DNA of 20,898 nucleotides from Planctomycetota bacterium. Lineage in GTDB: Bacteria > Planctomycetota > GCA-002687715 > DRQF01. Position 1 is the stretch's first letter. The number at the start of each line of letters is the position of its first letter. Where the stretch lies: positions 1-20,898 of the forward strand of contig JAZGFI010000009.1 in the NCBI GenBank assembly GCA_036479435.1. Reading direction: 5' to 3'. Below, in pieces: positions 15,388-20,898 of the stretch. The translations under genes and the position numbers were made by a program. The notes under the pieces are model-generated. The model saw only the letters and a program-made list of their open reading frames with translations. It did not search any database and was not told where the DNA came from.

Positions 15388-18300
15388 TTACGAATCGTCA
15401 TTCTGCAAGTCGCTGCAACTCTCTTTTGGCAATCGAGGACGAAGGTCGAGGAGATGAATGACGAGCTCTATCGTGCCATCGAAGAGTTTTTGAACTCGCT
15501 GAGATTCGTTCCGTAGCATCGACATAAGTTGCGGTACATCGAGGGGGGAGTTGTCGTCAGGGTGGCGCCACATTTTGTCTTTCGAGAGAGTCATAAGCAA
15601 TGCGCCGGACCTGCAGTTTTTCGCCGCCATGTACTTCCCGACGAGCTGATTTTCGATGGTGTCGCGAAGTACGCGCCCACTGTAATTTTCGGCAAGTTTG
15701 AGTTCGATTACTGCTTCGAGGTCCGAATGCGTGGATCGGAGACGAATGTCGGTTTCTTTTTCATCCGCTGTAACGGCTTCTTGATCAACTTTGTAGGCGC
15801 CGTTCGCAGCATGTTTTAGTTCACGTGCAATCTCTCGGCGGGTCAACTTTTCATTTTGCAATCTTGCCCATGCCTCCCTTGGCGAGGAGTCGAGGAGAAG
15901 AAGGTCGTCGAGATCGCTCAATCGGTCTCTTAAAACTGCAAACATCGTTTCGTTGGTAGTCGGCGGGGCTTCTCCAAGGCAGTCGAGTGCAATGGCTTGT
16001 TCATCATCGAATGCCGTTTCATCGAGTTCCTCCGCCCAGACTTCGTCTGCGACCTTGAGAATTCGGTCTTTGAGATGTGCGAACACAGGGTCCTCTGCCA
16101 GCTCCTGTTTTGCTGCCCAAGCCTCATTTCCTTTCGATCTAAATAACGCCGTGAGAATGTCATTGCGAACCCGCTCGGCGTTGCTGCGGATGTCACGCGT
16201 GGAAGTTCCTGCGCGAGTTGCATCGTCCTCGAGCCGTACATGGCGGTACGTCAGCCGGAGCAGACGAAGAAGCTGCTTCGCATCGAAATTCACTTCACGA
16301 ATGCCGATTTCGTCATCCGTGTTTCCAAACAGGGCGGCGATCAAAACGACCGCCTCGGAATGCTGTGCTGGTTCTACTCTATCGACTGCGTGCTCTAACG
16401 ATGGGATGCCCTGGTCCGGTTCGATGCGCATGAGAACGCGTAACCAAGCGAAGACGAGCTCATCCGGCAACGCGCCTCGAAGACGTCGACTTGCGGTTTC
16501 TGCGAGATGTTCCTGTGCGCTATTGGTGCCATGTTTGATGAGAGTCTTGGCGACAAGTAGGACGCGGTCGGCCACCGCCTTAGGGTTATCTTCTTTGTTC
16601 GCTTGGTCTCCGACTGGATCTATCCAAGCCTTGAGCCGGTCGGAAAAAACGCTCGCAACGGCGCTGGGTCCGGCATGGATGTCCCGTAACAATCCTGAGT
16701 GATTGCAAGCGGCAAAATTGGCGAGGTCAGATGTTAGCTCGCAGCCAAGAGTAGCGTCTACTTCAGCAGGGTGCGCGGCGACCAAAGACGTCATCCACCT
16801 TGGAAGGCCATCCCATTCTATCAGGGCAAATCGCGACGCGAGGTTAGCCTCAATTTCCGATAGGTTCTTCGCCCATTTTGCGTCTTCAGACTCGGCATAA
16901 ATCGCGGCGAGCCCAAATTGCCATCGGACTTGGATAGTGTTGCGCTCACTTGGCGATCTTTCGCTCGGAAGGGTAGGTCGCTCCTTTCGCCAGAAGGTCA
17001 TCATGATGCTGCGCAGGCGGTTGGCCGTTGCTTGATCGAAATGCTCTTCGATGAATTGCCGATTCCATCCGGTTGTTAGACTGTCGTCACCGGCTCGTCG
17101 CATTGCCTGCCAGAGATTCCAAGCGGTTTGGTGACTTCGATCGGAGGAAAATGCAATCTCGGGATGGGTGGCGACGTCAAGTCGGAAGCCGAGCCAACTC
17201 TCATGAGCTTTTGCCTTTTGCCGCTCTTGTTTTTCTTGTTGATCAGCGAGATCTTTTTCGTGTCTTCGATTTTCCACGTCGTATTTCGAGGGTTCTATCC
17301 AACTGTCCACTTTCTCCAGCAACCCTGGTTGATCGGCAACAAATTGTCGGAGTCTTTTCGCGTTTTCGCGCCGCTCCTCAGGTCCTGGCGATATGCGGAT
17401 AGCAGTTTCGAGGAGTATGGCACGTTCGTCAGAATTGCAGGTCTCGTCGCTGAGCGTGTTGCTGATCCAAATCAAGTCTCGGTCAGCACGAATTTCGACG
17501 GGCGCATCATGAAGTGTTATCTCGGCGTATCGATCCCACGGATCAGTGATATCGCGTAGTTCTCTCACGAATGAATCTGTTGCCCAAAATAGACGCTCGT
17601 TAACCTCGCCGTCTATGTCGCCCAGCAGTTTCCTAAGGGATTTGTGGGGCTCATCGTTTCCGTGGGCGCGATGATTCACACGTAGTGCAAGAGTACTCGC
17701 ACGCAACCACACATTGGTATTGCTTTCAGCAAGGCCATGAATGCAAGTCGCCGCAAGCGCACGGCTGAGATGTGCCATGCTGCTCGTGATTCTCGATGTT
17801 TCGTCGCACCAATTGAGGTCGATGGAAATCAGGTTTGTAAGGCCGTCGCGAAGGAGTTCGAGGGCCTTAGAGTCAAGCTCTGCTTCGGATATTACTCGAG
17901 ACAATCGCCAGCTAGCATCGCCAATACCGGCGGCCTCACGTGTCGTCCTGCTGAATGTCTGGCAGAGATGCTGGACCGTCATGTGTCGTGGAAACAGGAG
18001 TAGCGATGCACCGGTTCCTACGGGATCGCTCCACAAGTTACTCGCAGCCGCGACTTCAAGAGCAATGGCAGTGAGCCTGTCGTCATCCACCGCGGCCATC
18101 GCGTCGATGGCCCCAAGCCGCTCCATAGTCGATGAATCTCGGTCAATTGCGACTTCGTGCGCAAGGTCGGCGCATTCGAGGATTCCGCCGAACTCGATGA
18201 GATGCATGAGCATTTCCCGTACTTCTGGATTCTCCACCCCTTTTTGCCAAGCTCGGTTGATCTCTTGGGCCAATTCGGAAGAGGCGAAGCGTTGAGCTTG

Positions 18301-19707
18301 GATGATAGGAACGCTGAGACGGCGCCATCCACCCCGGCCATAGCAGTCGACATACGCACTAAGCGCCTGACGTCGTTTGTGAGGTGAGAGCGACTCGGGA
18401 TCGCCTTCATTGAGTAGCACCGCTGGCTCGTTGTCTCGTAGAAACTCGAAGATGCCATCCACTTTGAGCGCCAGCCAGGCGGCAACCGGGCGTTTCGATG
18501 GGCGAGCAATCATCTTGCCTTTTGTCTCTGCGAAGAGCAGACGTTTGAGGGCGCGTAGCGGCATCCCCTTTTTGTGGAGCGAAAAAAGACGTTCGGATGC
18601 AAGGTACTCGGCAATCGATCGATGATGAAAACGCACACGGCCATAGGACGCGAATCCGAAGAGGGGCCGCTCAAGCAGGGCCTTTCGTTCGTCTAAACTC
18701 CAGTCCGAGAGGAACCTGGCTGGATCGAGAGCCGAGTTCTCATCGATGGTGACATCGTTGGCGCTGTGTCTGATTGTAAAACGACGAGTAACGAGCATCG
18801 CTAATGCCAAACGCATTGCTCCTTCGACTGCTTTGTCTGAGGATAATTCGGCGGGTTCTTTCCTGTCGCTACGTGGCAACAATTTTACGCGAACGTTTGT
18901 CGCCATTTGATCCCGATGGGTCCTAATCCGTTTGTGTTCGCGCCAATCTACGCAAAGCTCAATTAGGTCCTGTGGTCGGCGGGCAAACTCTTGCGCGTTT
19001 CGACGCTGAAGGTCTTCCAATAGCTGCACGGCGTTTTCGACCTTCTGGTCTTTAGCGAATTCGAGGATTTGTGCGTCCGACAATGGCATCAAGGCAACCG
19101 TCGTCCAACTAACCGGAGCGTCGACTTTTTGGTTGTCTCCTTGGACATCAGGGTAGGCGCGCATCGCGATGTCCGCGAAGAGATCTTCAGTTGGCTTCGT
19201 CGAGGGTTCAGGCGGCACGGGCAAGTAGTGCCGAGCTATCTTCTCATCAAACGGAATCGGTCGCGTTGTGATGATGATCCTCGCTCGATGTAGTTGGCCC
19301 GCAATGCCCTTGCTAAGGCGCTTTAGCGCCTGCTCAAAAGAGCCTCTGCTCAGCTTTAGCTCGTCGATTGAATCAAGAAAAAAAGTCGCTACGTCAGATT
19401 GTGCTGATTGCCACGCCGTGAACCGTTCTTCTTCGGCATAACTTAACGGGGAGAGTAGGCCCTCACTCGCCAACGCTGATAACTCCACGAAGAACGAGGG
19501 TTCCCCGTTTTCCCACAAACACTTCGCCTGTTTGCGGCATTCATACGTCTTGCCAGCACCAGCCTCTGAGATTATGAGGACGCGCTTCGAGCGAAGCAGG
19601 TCCTTCCACGTTGTGCCTCTTGACCAATCCAAGCTCCCGAGAGAAAAGTGCTGGTCGGCTTCGCTGAGTTTGCCGTCGGGAATGTCCCTAAATGTCCGCT
19701 CAATCAT
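15388..19707 (-). CDS. STAND/NACHT-like P-loop NTPase with long helical region and C-terminal PD-(D/E)xK nuclease-like domain; putative anti-phage defence protein
   Basis: Walker A 'LIISEAGAGKT', Walker B 'FFLDSIDE', sensor 'IIITTRP' and NACHT winged-helix motif 'RFHHRSIAEYLA'. C-terminal 'NE...QE......ETDIRL.......VIELK...NQLVGKY'. Start proposed at ATG 19707 (MIERTF, 1439 aa) rather than 19833. Confidence 0.88.
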   Translation of the reverse strand: MIERTFRDIPDGKLSEADQHFSLGSLDWSRGTTWKDLLRSKRVLIISEAGAGKTYECRKQAKCLWENGEPSFFVELSALASEGLLSPLSYAEEERFTAWQSAQSDVATFFLDSIDELKLSRGSFEQALKRLSKGIAGQLHRARIIITTRPIPFDEKIARHYLPVPPEPSTKPTEDLFADIAMRAYPDVQGDNQKVDAPVSWTTVALMPLSDAQILEFAKDQKVENAVQLLEDLQRRNAQEFARRPQDLIELCVDWREHKRIRTHRDQMATNVRVKLLPRSDRKEPAELSSDKAVEGAMRLALAMLVTRRFTIRHSANDVTIDENSALDPARFLSDWSLDERKALLERPLFGFASYGRVRFHHRSIAEYLASERLFSLHKKGMPLRALKRLLFAETKGKMIARPSKRPVAAWLALKVDGIFEFLRDNEPAVLLNEGDPESLSPHKRRQALSAYVDCYGRGGWRRLSVPIIQAQRFASSELAQEINRAWQKGVENPEVREMLMHLIEFGGILECADLAHEVAIDRDSSTMERLGAIDAMAAVDDDRLTAIALEVAAASNLWSDPVGTGASLLLFPRHMTVQHLCQTFSRTTREAAGIGDASWRLSRVISEAELDSKALELLRDGLTNLISIDLNWCDETSRITSSMAHLSRALAATCIHGLAESNTNVWLRASTLALRVNHRAHGNDEPHKSLRKLLGDIDGEVNERLFWATDSFVRELRDITDPWDRYAEITLHDAPVEIRADRDLIWISNTLSDETCNSDERAILLETAIRISPGPEERRENAKRLRQFVADQPGLLEKVDSWIEPSKYDVENRRHEKDLADQQEKQERQKAKAHESWLGFRLDVATHPEIAFSSDRSHQTAWNLWQAMRRAGDDSLTTGWNRQFIEEHFDQATANRLRSIMMTFWRKERPTLPSERSPSERNTIQVRWQFGLAAIYAESEDAKWAKNLSEIEANLASRFALIEWDGLPRWMTSLVAAHPAEVDATLGCELTSDLANFAACNHSGLLRDIHAGPSAVASVFSDRLKAWIDPVGDQANKEDNPKAVADRVLLVAKTLIKHGTNSAQEHLAETASRRLRGALPDELVFAWLRVLMRIEPDQGIPSLEHAVDRVEPAQHSEAVVLIAALFGNTDDEIGIREVNFDAKQLLRLLRLTYRHVRLEDDATRAGTSTRDIRSNAERVRNDILTALFRSKGNEAWAAKQELAEDPVFAHLKDRILKVADEVWAEELDETAFDDEQAIALDCLGEAPPTTNETMFAVLRDRLSDLDDLLLLDSSPREAWARLQNEKLTRREIARELKHAANGAYKVDQEAVTADEKETDIRLRSTHSDLEAVIELKLAENYSGRVLRDTIENQLVGKYMAAKNCRSGALLMTLSKDKMWRHPDDNSPLDVPQLMSMLRNESQRVQKLFDGTIELVIHLLDLRPRLPKESCSDLQNDDS

Positions 19708-19714
19708 GAAGGTC

Positions 19715-19720
19715 AGTATA
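19715..19720 (-). promoter_or_regulatory. TATACT -10 element, possible leaderless promoter of the STAND gene
   Basis: Minus strand reads TATACT-gaccttc-ATG with no Shine-Dalgarno sequence. The -35 element is not convincing. Confidence 0.45.
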
Positions 19721-19859
19721 GCCCGTCCGCCGACGTTATTCGCGACCGCGGGGATTCTGAGAGACTTGGGCGGTCTTTGGGTACTTGTCTTCGGTACTTG
19801 GTCGGTTTCGTTTCGCCAAGAAAGTTCGTGCAAGACCGGCGGAGGGCCTGTCCGTCCGT

Positions 19860-20147
19860 TTAGTTAGGTCCGCTGTGATCGTCTTGGGTTCCGGAATCGG
19901 CACTCTGATGCGGCAAGAGGATGTCACTTTGGACTTGGGGTCGCAGCAGAAGAAAGCCAGCAACTTGTGTCAATCGCGGCCGAGAGATACCGAGGCGATT
20001 GGCAGCGTCGGAGTAGCTCGCGAGCGTGCCGTCCTCGACGCACCGTTCAATGTAGTGGGCCAGCGCGAGCCGCATCGCCAGCGCCGAAGGCGGCTGAACG
20101 ATCTCCACCGCGGTTCGCCGTTCGCGAAATCTCAGGCGTTGTGTCAT
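19860..20147 (-). CDS. Small HTH DNA-binding protein coupled to the serine recombinase
   Basis: ATGA overlap with the recombinase stop. 'LALAH.....VEDG....YSDAANRLGISRPRLTQV...L.P.VQ..IL' is the HTH-like pattern I recall downstream of, or fused to, DUF2924-associated serine recombinases. Confidence 0.85.
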   Translation of the reverse strand: MTQRLRFRERRTAVEIVQPPSALAMRLALAHYIERCVEDGTLASYSDAANRLGISRPRLTQVAGFLLLRPQVQSDILLPHQSADSGTQDDHSGPN

Positions 20148-20898
20148 TTGTTTCCTTCCTTGGCGAGCGCGACCAAGCCCTCGTCGTGATAGTCGATCTC
20201 AACATCTCCGGCTTCCCCGAAAAACCTGATCTCGGACACCAAGAGCTGGATCAGCCGTCGCTGCTCTCGAAAATTTAGCTCGTCCCAAGTCGCGGCAAAG
20301 TCCGCGAGCATGAACCGGATCGAGTCTTCGGTGAGAGATTCCGTCGATGCTCGCTGCCCTTGATCGATCTCCGCAATCCGCTGGTCGATCGAAAGTGAGT
20401 CGGCGCTCAATTCTGCGATCTGGGCTGTCACGGCTGAGTCGTTGGAAGTCGAGTCCGTCAGTTTGCCAACGAGCTTGCGCAGCTTAGCGGTGTTGCGCCC
20501 ATGTTGGGCGCTGAGGGTCTTGCGTTCGTTCTCTTGGGCCTTGGCGGCTTCGATTGCCTCGTCGCGTACAGCGGCGACGGTGGCCGCGAGGACCTCTGGG
20601 GTTCGCCCAAGTCCTGCGATCTGCTGGACGACGAAGTTGTCGAGGTCGTGTGTGTTCGCGGTGGCGTCCGGGCATTTCTCGCCAGCCACATCATGGGATC
20701 GACAACGGTAATAGTGGAAGAGCTTCTGATTCCTTTTGGCGTAGGTATGGACCATCGGCTGCCTGCAAGCTCCGCACTTGAGGATTCCGCGGAGCAAGAC
20801 CTTCCATTTGTTGCGGGTCTTGGCACCGCCCTGGCGACCATTCTCTTCGAGTTGCCGCTGAACCGAGTCAAAGAGGTCGGGATCGACGATGCTGTCGT
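20144..20898 (-). CDS. Large serine recombinase (integrase), C-terminal part; 5' end lies outside the window
   Basis: Frame is open to the window edge. '(H)DSIVDPDLFDSVQRQL' marks the end of the recombinase domain. It is followed by a zinc ribbon 'LLRGILKCGAC..PM...YYRC......C', a coiled coil, and 'W..L...EQRRLIQLLV.EI'. Confidence 0.93.
   Translation of the reverse strand, partial: DSIVDPDLFDSVQRQLEENGRQGGAKTRNKWKVLLRGILKCGACRQPMVHTYAKRNQKLFHYYRCRSHDVAGEKCPDATANTHDLDNFVVQQIAGLGRTPEVLAATVAAVRDEAIEAAKAQENERKTLSAQHGRNTAKLRKLVGKLTDSTSNDSAVTAQIAELSADSLSIDQRIAEIDQGQRASTESLTEDSIRFMLADFAATWDELNFREQRRLIQLLVSEIRFFGEAGDVEIDYHDEGLVALAKEGNK

Noticed and set aside
2330..19293. Numerous antisense or alternate-frame ORFs inside rhs and the STAND gene
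   Set aside because: These are shadow ORFs of long GC-rich genes and contain no recognisable motifs.

Overview
Accessory or island-like bacterial region. The gene styles suggest Planctomycetota, but that is inference. The left part (+ strand) starts with about 1.2 kb of non-coding DNA carrying a GGTGCCA repeat cluster and a 12x heptamer tandem repeat. A tightly coupled operon follows: a DUF1573-like Ig-fold exported protein, a ~2500-aa signal-peptide-bearing Rhs/YD polymorphic toxin with an Ntox7-like RNase tip, and an Imm8-family immunity protein. The right part (mostly - strand) has the 3' end of a large serine recombinase and its small HTH partner gene. Downstream of these lies a string of cargo genes: a STAND/NACHT NTPase with a C-terminal PD-(D/E)xK nuclease, a second HTH copy with a broken recombinase tail, pRiA4b ORF-3 with a coupled hypothetical, another hypothetical, and an oppositely oriented secreted protein. 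The most notable signal is that the spacers between these cargo genes reuse three non-coding repeat families: T (33 bp, TG-ended, direct and inverted), R1 (~130 bp, 3 copies, with a 28-bp imperfect palindrome) and R2 (95 bp, 2 copies, with a 17-bp identical core). This suggests a recombinase- or transposon-built cassette array. All family assignments come from motif recognition by eye, not database searches.
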